Under the pieces are notes generated by a model. That model worked only from the letters and a program-made list of their open reading frames with translations. It searched no databases and was not told where the DNA came from. This document shows, in pieces, positions 24,001 through 35,992 of a DNA stretch of 64,000 nt (its first letter is position 1; each line of letters begins with the position of its first letter). The stretch is from Octopus vulgaris (Eukaryota). The position numbers and the translations under genes were made by a program. The stretch is from the NCBI GenBank assembly GCA_951406725.2, contig OX597814.1, positions 123,690,001 to 123,754,000 of the forward strand, given 5' to 3'.

Positions 24001-27000
24001 ACAGGAGCCTGGTGCAGCCTTCTGGCTTCCCAGATCCCCGGTCGAACCGTCCAACCCATGCTAGCATGGAGAACGGACGTTAAACGATGATGATGATGAT
24101 ATATATATATATATATATGTATATGTATATAAAGTCATCTGTATGTGTATGACAACTAATTTTTGGCAACTACAAATTTGGTCCCTAACTCCATGCCAAA
24201 CAATTGTACATTTAAGCTGAAGTGCCTCTAAGAATATGGTTAGTTACAAGAGAAACATAAGTAACCTAAAATATTACTAGTATATTCTTTATATTCTTTA
24301 GTATGAAGGGTACTGAAAAGTTCCTGGCTTTGGGTAAAAGAAAACACTGGAGGATCAGTTAATTATGATTTTATTCAACATATCCCCTCAGATTCACATA
24401 CTTATTGCAGTGGTCCTTCAGTTTTTCTCACTCCTTCAAAAGAACTTGGAACGTTAGGCCCCCAACCAAACCTTTGACGATACCCTTAAAGTCAGGAACT
24501 TCTCAGCATCCCCTTGTATATATGCATGAGTAGAGAGATAGAACAATCTTGTATACTGTTTCTCATTTACCAGACTTCACTTCCGAGCTTTTGGTCAACC
24601 TAAGGCTATAGTAGAAGACATTCAAAGCACTGCATTGTGGGATTGGATCTGGATCCATGTAGTTGTGGATGTAAATGATAAATGCCAAGTTGAAAAGTGC
24701 AATGTTCATGGTGGAAGAAAAATCAAGGAAGATGTGGGAAGAAATGGTGTGATTTGAAAAAAGTGGATGTTAAAATGATGATAATGATGTGTACCATGAT
24801 TATTTGTAATTTTTTACTTCTTACTCTTTTAGGCATTGTAAGATGCAGCATTTGGTTGAGATGAAGCTGAGAATGGATGAAGCAATGGCCATATTATCTA
24901 CTCTTGGGGGTGGATATTCTGCCTTAGGAGAGTATTATGAAAATCATGTATGCATTTGATTTTAACTTAGAGTTCAAATATGTTAATGATATTTAAATTT
25001 ATAATGTGAATTAATTAATCTGATATACATCTTCATATACAAAAGTGACATGTACTTTGGCACAAGACCTATTTTAAATAACAATTTTATTTTATTTCGT
25101 CTTTGGATTTGGTTTGCAAGATTCTTTATATGAGTTTGTGTTTTGAAGCATAATCTGTTGTGTCTGGGGAGAGTCATTTTCTTTTTGTGTCTTATAATGT
25201 AACATACTGCAAGACGCAACGAACATTTTAGGAAAATAAAAATAAGAAATAAGTGGAAATTTTATCTGTGAGTGTGTTACATTATAAGGCACAAAAAGAA
25301 AATGACTCTCCCCAGACACAACAGAATTTTATTTTAGAGAATATTTAAAATACAGATATTTTAAAGAATGCAGTAATGTAGTTTTAGACATGTTGTTATT
25401 TTGTAGACTGGCTCATGGCATCATTTAACTCTTTAGCATTCAAATTATTCTGTTAAATGTAATGTTTATCTATTCTGCAATTGGAACCCATGCTGGTGGT
25501 ACATAAAAAGCACCCATTACACTCATGGCGTAGTTGGTGTTAAGAAAGAAACCATGCTAAATCAAATTGGAACCTGGTCTAGCCCTCTAGCTTACCAGTT
25601 TCAGTCAAACCGTCTAACCCATGCCAGCATAGAAAGCAGATGGTAAATGATGATGAATTTGTTTTGATCTAATCATGCGTTATCTTGTAGCTTCAAGATT
25701 TCAATGATGTGATTGTATATTTTTGAATGACATTGTAGGGTAGGTGCAAAAGGCTAGATGTAGCTGATTTGAACACAAAACAGGTTGAATATTTAGGCTT
25801 GATGTGGCCAGTTTAAATGCTAAAAGGTTAAATTTCTTTAATTCTAATGTTTCAAAATCAAATTATATTTTCTACTTTTCAAAAACTTATTAGTATTATT
25901 ATATTATTGTTTAGAGTCTTATTCTTGTAATTTCACATCATTGTTATTTCTTCTTTGGAAATAATTATTTAATAATCTTATTTCTAATTAAGTGTAACTC
26001 TGATTTTGTCTTCTCAACAGTCTTTGGAAGCTTTCAACATTGCTGTAAAACAACTGCAAATTGCATTGAAATCTACCGATCCACTGAGTGTTTCCCGCTG
26101 CTATCTCTACATTGCACTCAGTCTTATGCAACGAGGCTATCTTCATTGTTCACGTGCCATAATCAGGTAACATCAGACACTTATCAGAGTTTTCTGTTGT
26201 CCACTTGTTGGATGGTTTGACTGGGCTGGCACGCTGGAAGGCTGTGCCATGCTCCATTCTGATTTGGCAGGGTTTTCTGTGGTTGGATGTCCAACCACTC
26301 CAAGAGTGTAATGGGTGCTTTTATGTGCCATTGGTACAGATGCCATTTGTGTGACTGTGGTATGTTTATGTGCTATTGGCATGGGTGCCAATTTGTGTGA
26401 CTCTGGTATCTACCAAGACTGCGATTTTGCTTGGCTTGATGGGTCTTCTCAAGCATGGCTTAATGCCAAAGGTCTTGGTCATTGCCTCATGAATGACAAT
26501 ATAATAAATTATGATGTATCAAATGTGGGATGCTCAGTAACTGAACGATTTTTAGCCTTTTAAGGGTTTGTACTGGGTCACCTTCACCTCAGAACGTTAT
26601 ATCTAAGTCACTTCATCAAAGATTGGTTCTCATCTGCCTCTTGTTTATCACAGTCTTTCAGGCTATAACAAAGGAATTTAAGACTGGTTCTCCATATGAG
26701 CTCCTCTATGCTGATGACTTTGTTCTTATAGCTGAATATCTACTAGAATTAGAGAAGAAATTTTAGGTGTGGAAACAAGATCTAGAATCAAAGGGCTTTT
26801 GAGTTAATTTAGCAAAGACCAAAGTCCAAAGCAGACAAATCACCAATTCCTTCAGGGATATGGCCTCTGCTTGACATGTAGAAAAGGTGTAGGTAGGAAC
26901 TCCATACTGTGTTCCCAGTGCAAGTTTTGGACACATAAGAGATGCTGTGGAATCCCAGGAAGGTTACCACATAAAGTTTCTATGTGGAAGATGTAATGGT

Positions 27001-29335
27001 ATAATAAACACTAAGAATCTACAGAAAATAGACATTCTCAAATGCCTGGGCAGGGGATCCTTAGAAGTAGTAGATAGCTTCTGTTACCTAGGCAATGAAG
27101 TTAGCTGTGGAGAATGCTCTGAAAGTGTAGTTGCTAGAATAAAAATGGGCTGGGAAAAGTTTAAAGAGCTACTACAATTGTTGGTAATGAAGGACCTCTC
27201 CCTCAGAGTGAAAGGTAGATTGCATGAGCCTGTGTTAAGACAGCTGTGCTATATCACAGTGAAGCATGGATTGTACTTGCAGAGAGGACATGCAGAAGCT
27301 TGAAAGAACTAAAGCCAGCATGTTTTGTTGGGTAATGTCAGTGTGCACATATGGCAAAGTGTAAATGATTTAAGAGAAAAACTGGCTGTAAGAGGCATCA
27401 GATATTGTGTGCAGGAGAGAAGACTGCACTGGTATGGTCATGTGACGAGTATGAGCAAGGACAGCTGCATAAAAAAGTGCTGATCAACTGGGGAAAAGGT
27501 AGACCCAAGAAGATGGGTGATAAACCGATAAGAAATGATCATCAGATGTTGGGTCTCACAGAGGAGATGACAAGGGACCAAAATTTCTGGCGATTTGCTG
27601 TGCATGAAAAGCCACACGAAGCTACATCCATGAGAAGCCACATCTATACATGCAGGCGTGCGTGTCCTTTATAGCCATGCTTCACCACCTGACATACATA
27701 CATACATAATCTGTCCTATGTCAAAACTCCCTCCACAACTCATCTTCCTAATCCCCCACACCCACTAACCATGATCACCACCTGTTGCAGACCTCTGCAC
27801 TACCTCCTGCACACTCTCCATTCCCCTCACATATCTACTACACTCACCTCCCAGCCTCTCCCATTTCCCTTATTACCATTTGCTACTCTCACTTCTTCCT
27901 CATCTCCAAGACTCTTCCTTTACACTCTTACGGAATATCTCCCTCTGTTCTCTCTGTACCACTTATACTCCCCTTGCTGTTCCACCACTTCTCTCTCTCT
28001 CTTTCATTCTTTTCTACTCTAAGCACAAGGCCCAAAATTTTGGGGAGTGGGGCCAGTTGATTAGACCGACCCCAGTACGCAACTGGTACTTAATTTATCG
28101 ACCCCGAAAGGATGAAAGGTAAAGTCGACCTCAGCAGAATTTGAATTCAGAATGTAAAGACGATCGAAATACCTCTAAGCATTTTGCCCAGCAAGCTAGT
28201 GTTTCTGCCAGCTCACCACCTTCCTTTATAGAAATATTCTTTTCTATTCTAGGCACAAGGCCCAAAATTTGGGGGGGAGGGAGCCAGTCAATTAAATCGA
28301 CCTCAGTATGCAACTGGTACTTAATTTATCGACCCCGAAAGGATGAAACACAAAGTCGACCATGGTGGAATTTGAACTCAGAACATAAAGACACGAAATA
28401 CCACTAAGCATTTTGCCTGGAGTGCTAACATTTCTGCCAGCTTGCCGCCTTCTCTTTCATTCTCTCTCTTTATCTTTCTCTCTGACTTCTGTTTCTTCTT
28501 CCTCTCATTTCCTTTCCTGCTGGAGTAGCTGAGTATCCCCTGTATAGTAAGACATCTATCTTTATCCCTCTATCATATTTTAACCTTTCAAATGGCACAA
28601 AACTATCTTCCTCAGTTCCAATCTCTCACCCAGCTGAGAGGTCTTCATTTTGCTTGTTACTTGGTCACCCCAGTGTTATTGGTGCCTCATAAAAAGGACC
28701 AGTGCTGGTGCCACATAAAATGCACCCAGCATACTCTGTAAAGTGGTTGGCATTAGAAAACGGTATCTAGCTGTAGAAACCATGCCAAGCAAACAATGGA
28801 ACCTGATGCAGGTCTCTGGCTTGCCAGCTCCTCTCAAACTGTCCAACCCATGCCAACATGGAAGAAGGATGATGGTATATGGGTATATATATGTATGTGT
28901 GTGTACTAAGTGTATATTTTATATGCCTATGGTGTGTTCTGTGTATATTATACTGCATGTGTATTACTGTCTACTTATTATTATGTTCTGACTCTATATT
29001 ATACTGCATATATATCATATATATGATATGATATTAATTATATGTCTTACATGAAATATTGTCAACAATATTTTAATCTTTGCTTTATTTTAAACTTTCC
29101 ATTTTTCAGAAAGCAGTTTTCATTTGCCAAAAACCACATGATCCAAGATGGACGTTTAATATCAATGTGCCATGGACTTTGGGCTAAACTGGGTTTCTTG
29201 TATCATCTGAGGAATATGAAGAAGAAAGGTTTACAATATAGCACAGACACAGAAATGGACAATGTTCTGTCTTCTCCCTCCACTTACCCTAACCAAAATT
29301 GTTGCAAAATTCAGTTGGCACCCTGTAGTTCTTGA
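17401..29335 (+). CDS. DUF4807 (STLGG-motif) uncharacterised protein, 4 coding exons, 362 aa
   Basis: Exons 17401-18002, 24833-24947, 26021-26166 and 29110-29335 join in frame (1089 nt). Motifs IDYSW, MAILSTLGGGYSALGE, QLQIAL...DPL..SRCYLYIALSLMQRG and RLISMCHGLWAKL match the DUF4807 family as recalled. Confidence 0.88.
18700..19730 (+). mobile_element. Highly decayed LINE (CR1/L2/Jockey-like) RT-region remnant
   Basis: Scattered peptide remnants (WSFTKRIS, DG..SCTPV, YQFLS) with many stops; not cleanly alignable by eye. Confidence 0.4.
21295..21830 (-). mobile_element. RTE-clade LINE 3' fragment (degenerate)
   Basis: WAL..EDMQRLERN..ML.WMC, LREKLGIRGI, QERRL..FGHVM, G.GRPRKTW.EV. Confidence 0.8.
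22581..23385 (-). mobile_element. Young copy of the most abundant SINE-like repeat ((GAT)n tail) with an internal ~60-bp tandem array; many other copies (e.g. 1-215, 7135-7365, 13030-13275, 15410-16180, 20525-20840, 23415-23790, 57490-57820, 61530-61785)
   Basis: Shared block GGTTGGCGTTAGGAAGGGCATCCAGC...CCATGCTAGCATGGAAA..GGACGTTAAACGATGATG recurs many times on both strands. Confidence 0.85.
24302..24518. mobile_element. Mariner-derived MITE (second copy in opposite orientation at about 34351-34572)
   Basis: TA-flanked TIRs ..GGGTACTGAAAAGTTCCTGGCTTT / AAAGTCAGGAACTTCTCAGCATCCCC; the second copy reads KGLEKLKDHCTKCV..RREYVE*, a mariner C-terminus. Confidence 0.8.
24833..24947 (+). CDS. DUF4807 protein exon with STLGG motif
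   Basis: Pyrimidine tract plus TAG; HCKMQHLVEMKLRMDEAMAILSTLGGGYSALGEYYENH; GTATGC donor. Confidence 0.9.
25429..25827. mobile_element. piggyBac-type MITE interrupted by a SINE
   Basis: TTAA|CTCTTTAGCATT ... AATGCTAAAAGG|TTAA. Confidence 0.75.
26021..26166 (+). CDS. DUF4807 protein internal exon
   Basis: CAG acceptor; SLEAFNIAVKQLQIALKSTDPLSVSRCYLYIALSLMQRGYLHCSRAII; AG|GTAA donor. Confidence 0.9.
26650..27610 (+). mobile_element. RTE-clade LINE RT/3' fragment (degenerate)
   Basis: ELLYADDFVL, VNLAKTKV, Cys-rich insert CRKGVGRNSILC..C..WTHKRC, LEVVDSFCYLG, RRLHWYGHV and GKGRPKK, with frameshifts. Confidence 0.82.
29110..29335 (+). CDS. DUF4807 protein last coding exon
   Basis: TTTTTCAG acceptor; KQFSFAK...DGRLISMCHGLWAKL...; TGA ending at 29335. 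Confidence 0.87.
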
Positions 29336-30348
29336 TGATTCTTTCACTTTAGCTGTTGCACTGAAAGAACTGATTCACAGAGTAAATTCTAGAATTTCAT
29401 TAAATTGGAAAAATTTCTTGTCTGAATTCTTTGTGAAAATTCTAGTATATGGAAATATTTTAGGACCCAATTATTTTTGCCAACTTCAAGTATAATGCAA
29501 AACTATGTTCATGAGTTTTCACTGGAGTACTTTGATTCTCGAGGTGTTTGGAAAATAATGGGACCCTCAGAGTTTTGTCTCCTTTATAATTTTTATATAA
29601 TTCATATTTGCAGCATTATCTCCTGTTTTAATTCTGCATGATTTATTTTGACTACCAGTGTTTTATCCCTGGTTGAAATCACCCCTGATATATTATACAC
29701 TGATTACAGCTTTAATAATAAGATCTGTGTGTCAGCCATGTAACATTCCAATGGTTTATTATAATATTATACAACAGCAGACCTTTGCTCTTATTTCTGA
29801 TGGTCATCAACAACATTCCACTTTTTAGATGTTCAAAATGACAATATAAAGTGTGCCGAACTTGCTTACATTTGGCTTCTGATTTTATTTTAGTAACATC
29901 AGAAAAAACAACAACAATATGTTGAGGAATTCATCAAGCTTCAATTCATTCTCGCAGTTGTCAATGTGATTTCTTAAGGTACATTCAAGAGGATACCTTG
30001 AGGTATACCTATGAAAGTGTCAAGTAAAAATTCTGGTTAAGCATGGAGTTATTTCCCTTGCAATATACTTTCATGTTAGAGTCCGCACGCGTGTGTGAAA
30101 GCGAGAGAGAGAAAGAAAGAGAGTGGGAGAGAAAGACTATGTATATGTAAGATAGTGTATGAGTGAAAAAATTGTGACAAAGTATATGTGCCTGTGTTTG
30201 CTTTTTATCCATCCTATTAGAAATGCAGATGTTTTTAAGTGTTTACATATAACGGCGGTGCATCAGCATGGCCCCAGCTATCAGCTGAAACTACAGCAAA
30301 AAATAAACAAACAAACATACATACATACATATATATGTATGTGTGTGA

Positions 30349-30523
30349 GTACTACTTAACAAGAGTGGTCCCGGTGCGCGCACTAACGCATCCGCGCTAG
30401 CTAGTCGTGTCTAGTCGATTCTTACTTTGTGTTTTATTTACTTTGCTAGGTAGTCGTAGAATCGACTAGTCACGACTAGCTAGCGCGAGTGCGCGCACCG
30501 GGACCACTCTTCTTGAGTAGTAC
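30349..30523. repeat. CpG-rich 175-bp imperfect palindrome (MITE-like)
   Basis: Arms GTACTACT..AAGAGTGGTCCCGGTGCGCGCACT..CGCGCTAGCTAGTCGTG.CTAGTCGATTCT and its reverse complement around an AT-rich spacer. Confidence 0.85.
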
Positions 30524-31224
30524 CGTGTGTGTGTGTGTGTGAATGTTGATATTACATTGCTTTGCTTGTCATGATCTGAATAAAACTGTGAGAAGTTGTT
30601 TACATTGGGTTGGTAACAAGAGGGGCATCCACCGTCAAACCCTGCGTCGGATAATGTCCAGGTTTACATGGAAAACAAACCTTAAGAAAAAGCAGAAAAA
30701 ATTCATTGTGTGTATGTGTGCGCGCAGGTATGGCTGTATCGTTAGAAACAGGTGAGGATTGGTGACAGGAAAGGTATAGGAGCCATAGAATTCTGTCTTT
30801 GCAAACTCTGTCCAACCCATGCAAGCGTGGAAAAGTGCATTTTCAAAACAACAATGATGGTGTTCATTTATTCAGTGCCTGATTTCCGCGTTAGCGTACG
30901 TTGGAAGGGGAGGTAACTCGAGGCAAAATTTTACAGCCAGACGCCCTTTCCGTTTCTTACTTACAAGCATGGGGTTTATATATCTGTTTTTATATTTTAC
31001 TTCCTTCAGCCACTGGGCTGCAGTCATGCTGGGGCACCACCGTTAAGGGCTTAGTCAAACAAATTAACCCCAGTGCTGATTGTTTTTTTAAAGTCTGATA
31101 CTTATTCTGCTGGTCTCTATTGGTCAATTACTAATTTATGGGGATGTAAACAAACCAGCACAAGTTGTCAAGCAGGGAGGACGAACACAGACACATTTAT
31201 ATGCACGCCCACGCATATACATAC

Positions 31225-31296
31225 ATTTATATATATATATATATATATACATATATACATGCATGCATGCATGCATGCATCCATCCATCCATCCAT

Positions 31297-31350
<54 letters not shown>

Positions 31351-31385
31351 ACACACACACATACATACATACATACATACATACG
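31225..31385. repeat. Compound TA/ATGC/ATCC/CA/ACAT microsatellite
   Basis: Visible tandem tracts. Confidence 0.92.
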
Positions 31386-32110
31386 TTGACCCTCACAGAG
31401 GCAAAGTGGCTGAGTTCCCTTCGAGTAAACCTCACAGAGGCAATGACCAAGATCTTTGACATTATGTCGTGCTTCAGAAAACCCATCAAGCTGAGCAAAA
31501 TTACAGTTGTGGCAGATACCAGTGTCATGCAAATGGCACCCTTTGCTGATGGCATATAAAAGCACCCATTACACTCTCGCTGGCGTCAGGAAGGGCATCC
31601 AGCTGTGGAAAACCATGCTAAATCAGACTGGATCTTGGCGCAGCCTTCCAGCATGCCAGCCCAGTCAAATCGTCCAACCCATGCCAGCATGGACATTGGA
31701 TGCTAAATGATGATGATGATATATATGTATATGCTGGTGCCATGTAAAATCACCCAGTACACCCCATAAATTGGTTGGTATTAGGATGGGCATCTAGCTG
31801 TAGAAACCATGCCAAAACAGGCAATTGGAATGTGGTGCATTTCTTTGGTTTGCCAGCTCCTGTCAAACTGTCCAACCCATGGACGTTCAATGATGATGAT
31901 GATGATGGCGATGACAAACCTCTATACAGTTTCTGTCTTTCAAATTTACTCACAAAGTATTGGTTGGCCTCCTGGGGTTATTGTAAAAGACATTTTCTCA
32001 AGGTTCTCTGCTGTGAGAATGATCCTGAAATTGCATGGTTGCAAAGTGAAATTCTTAATCACATAGCTATACCAGCACCTACACACACACACATTTAAAT
32101 TTCTATTTAA

Positions 32111-32603
32111 CCCTTTAGCATTTAAATGGCTGTGGAGGTACGTGGCTTAGTGGTTAGGGTGTCAGCATTATGATCATAAGATTGTGGTTTCGATTCCTGG
32201 ACCAGGCGACGTGTTGTGTTCTTGAGCAAAACACTTCATTTCACGTTGCTCCAGTTCACTCAACTGGCAAAAATGAGTAACGTTGCGAGGGACTGGCATC
32301 CTGTCCAGCTGGGGAACACATATGCCATTGAAACCGAGAAACAGGGCCCATAAGCCTGGCTAGACTTTAAACAGGGTGCATTTATTTTTATTTTATTTAA
32401 ATGACCATATTTGGTCAAAATATTCTACCTTTTTTTATGTTCAAACTGGCCAGATCTGACCTAACATCTACCCTAAAATGTCATTCTAAAAATCTACAAT
32501 CACATCAACGAAATCTCAAAGCTACAAGATCATGCATAATTAATCTGAAACAATTGGAATAAATAAGCAGAATATTTGACAGAATAATCTAAATGCTAAA
32601 AGG
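32111..32603. mobile_element. piggyBac-type MITE of the same family, opposite orientation, interrupted by a tRNA-SINE
   Basis: TTAA|CCCTTTAGCATTT ... AAATGCTAAAAGG|TTAA; internal sequence is the reverse complement of the 25429 copy. Confidence 0.78.
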
Positions 32604-32664
32604 TTAAGTTTGTGAAAGCAATATTAAGAATAATAGCAAAACATTTACTGATGAAGAGATTCAA

Positions 32665-33080
32665 TACTGATGGCAAAATCGTTAGCACGCCGGGCGAAAT
32701 GCTTTGTAGTATTTCGTCTGCCGCTGCGTTCTGAGTTCAAAATCCACCGAGGTCGACTTTGCCTTTCATCCTTTCGGGGTCGATTAAATAAGTACCAGTT
32801 ACACACTGGGGTCGATATAATTGACTTAATCCATTTGTCTCTCCTTGTTTGTCCTCTCTGTGTTTAGTCCCTTGCAGGTAGTAAAGAAATAGGTATTTCG
32901 TCTGCTGCTGCATTCTGAGTTCAAATTCCGCCGAGGTCGACTTTACCTTTCATCTTTTCAAGGGTCGATTAAATAAGTACCAGTTACGCACTGGGGTCAA
33001 TATAATTGACTTAATCCGTTTGTCTGTCCTTGTTTGTTCTCTCTGTGTTTAGTCCCTTGTGGGTAGTAAAGAAATAGGTA
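32665..33080 (+). mobile_element. Dimeric SINE of the GAGGTCGACTTTGCCTTTCATCC family (other copies about 28015-28450, 33915-34150, 42600-42835, 48770-49190, 49520-49730, 53865-54095)
   Basis: B-box-like GAGTTCAAATTCC followed by a conserved central domain; the unit is tandemly duplicated here. Confidence 0.8.
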
Positions 33081-34668
33081 GAGTTAAATGTATTTTAACT
33101 AACAATTTGACTGTTGAAGAAGCTGGTAGGTGGAACTTAAAGTCTCAATCAAAATGAATTTTATTATACATTCTCATTATTTTAATACCCACCTTTACCT
33201 GCTCATAGGGGTCAGTCAGTCAGAAAAAGCTTTGCTGTAGCAGATTTTTCTCTGACCAGCTACTCTTTCTGTTGCCAGCCCTCACCTATTTTCAAATAAT
33301 ATAATATTCCCTCAAGCCTTCAAACAACGAACAACTTACCTTTCCTCTCATCACCCATATTGTGCATTCTTCACCAGACTCTGCACTGATTGCTAGGCTC
33401 AGTCTTGCCTTCTCAGAATGTTGTATTGCTGCAATTTTCTCATTGTCCATTTTTTTTTTCCTGTAGCAGTCAACTTGCAATTTCTGAGAGGAGCAACTGC
33501 ATTGGACTTGGTGGGTCAGCGAAAGTATAGCCCCCTTACTCTAGACCAAAGTAACACACACATACTCACATTCACACACACACACACACACACTGTATGT
33601 GTAGAATATAAAGCAAACATTTCACAGGTAGATCATAATTTATTTTCTTTTAACAGCTATCTCATTAAGAATAAACATCATTAATTCTATAAATATGTAA
33701 TTAAGAAACATAATGATGAATTAATTTTAAGTAATGTTTATCCCAAAACATCAGGAATACTGTAATCTTTGCTTGTTATAAATCCACTAAATTTACTGCC
33801 TTGTTATAATGTTAATTACCTGTTATTAATTTGGCTCTTAATTATTGTGGATATATATAGTTTTTTTATGTTTTATTCATCATCTCTTTTTATAGGTATA
33901 TATAATGTATGTGGAAAGGCGGCAAGTTGGGCTGGTAGAAACGTTAGCACGTTGGGTGAAATGCTTAGTGGTATTTCGTCTGCAGTCTGAGTTCAAATTC
34001 CGCCGAGGTCGACTTTGCCTTTCATCCTTTCGGGGTCGATTAAATAAGTACTAGTTATGCACAGGGGTCGATACAATTGACTTAATCCATTTGTCTGTCC
34101 TTGTTTGCTCTGTCTGTGTTTAGTCCCTTGTGGGTAGTAAAGAAACAGGTATATATAATGTATGTGGAGGCATGTGGTTAGTAGTTAGAGGTGTTGGACT
34201 CCTGATTGTAAGACTGGAGTTTCAATTCCTGCTCAGGGCAACACATTGTGCTTTTGAGCAAAATACTTCGTTTCACCTTGGTCCAGTTTACTCAACTGAC
34301 AAAAGCGAGTAATCCTGCGACAGACCGACGTCCTGTCCAGTGGTGGAATATATGAGGAGATGCTGAGAAGTTCCTGGCTTTAAGGGTATCACAAAAGACC
34401 TGGTTGGAAGCTCTACCTTCTGAGTTCTTTTAAAGGGCTTAGAAAAACTGAAGGACCACTGCACTAAGTGTGTGAATCCGAGAAGGGAATATGTTGAATA
34501 AAATCGTAATTAACTGATCCTCCTGTATTTCCATTTATCCAAAGCCATGGACTTTTCAGCACCCTCCTTGTGCACACCATGGACACCAGGAAACCAGTCC
34601 TATGAGTCTAAATTGACTCAAGAAAGATCTTTATCCTTTTATAATGTATTTGTACAAGAACATCAATG

Positions 34669-35959
34669 CGTTGCTCGGGGCTGAATTGCTTGAAAGTACT
34701 GTTAATGATTGCACTGAATTATGATGATTATTCAGGCAAATATTGATATAAGTTTACGGTGGGAGATAAGGACTTAACGATCAAACGTGTGCCATTGCAT
34801 TGTTTTGGGGGAACCAAATTTCTGATGAGCATTATAGGGGCACCAACTTTAAGTTTGAGAAAGTGTGGTGGTAGTCCGGGGTGCTCAAAGGAATTGAGTA
34901 CCTCTATTGGATAGTTGATGACGTCCTCTGGGTCAGGAGTTGTATCGATAGACTGATATACATAGACTTCCCCAGGGATGAGTTTTAGCATTTCATCATT
35001 AATATGGTGAACAGTTTTATTCCTCGGGGCCAGTATAGCCTTTTTGCCAATCCAATCCATATTCTGATAATTAGCTTGTAGATCTGGGAACACTGCATCT
35101 CTGAGATCAGAAGGCGTCTTAACAATGGTACAAATGGAATCGATGGCAATATTACCATTTTCATCCCCTGGTATTTTGCCTTCGCCAAGTGCAAGGAGGA
35201 TGTGAGGAAATGCTGCTGATGTGATATTACGTCGCATATGAGCACGCATATTGGTGTGAAGTTTGAGAGTTACTTCCCTTTATTAAAAAGAATATGCATT
35301 AAAATGGAAAAAAATGATGGTAAATTATTTGTAAAATCATCGACTCATCGTAGACGCGCGCTAATACCCAGAAGGGCTCGATATGAATCACGACTATAAG
35401 ATACCCGGTTTTGGTTAAACTGCATCGCAAAATGTGGGAGTAGTTAGGAATCTAAATCGGAGTAGACAGACACACAACCTTTCTTTTATATATAAATATT
35501 TTCGTCCTAAAAAACTTTGTATGGATTGAATGGTTACCTCTATGGAAATATATACACGCACATTATACATACATGTGTGTATAGATGAATATATAAATAC
35601 GTTTAAATATCTATATACACTTTCGGGCGATCTTTCATACATGTGTGCATAGATGAATATATAAATACATTTATATATCTATATACACTTTTGGGCGATC
35701 TTTGTGCTACTTAGAGATAACTTTAGATCTTATTTTCGTCCTAAAATACTTTGTGCGGAGTGAATGGTTACGTCTATAGAAATATATACACACACATTAT
35801 ACATACATCTGTGTATAGATGAATATATAAATACATTTAAATATCTATATACACTTTTGGTCAATCTTTCTGCTACTTGGATATAGGTCTTATATTCGTT
35901 GTAAAAAACTTTCCTGTCACACACTCACGCACACACACACACACACAGACGCACCCTCA

Positions 35960-35992
<33 letters not shown>

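Noticed and set aside
34728-35249. PIF1 helicase host gene
   Set aside because: Partial domain lacking the N-terminal helicase motifs, inside Helitron termini; a transposon fragment.
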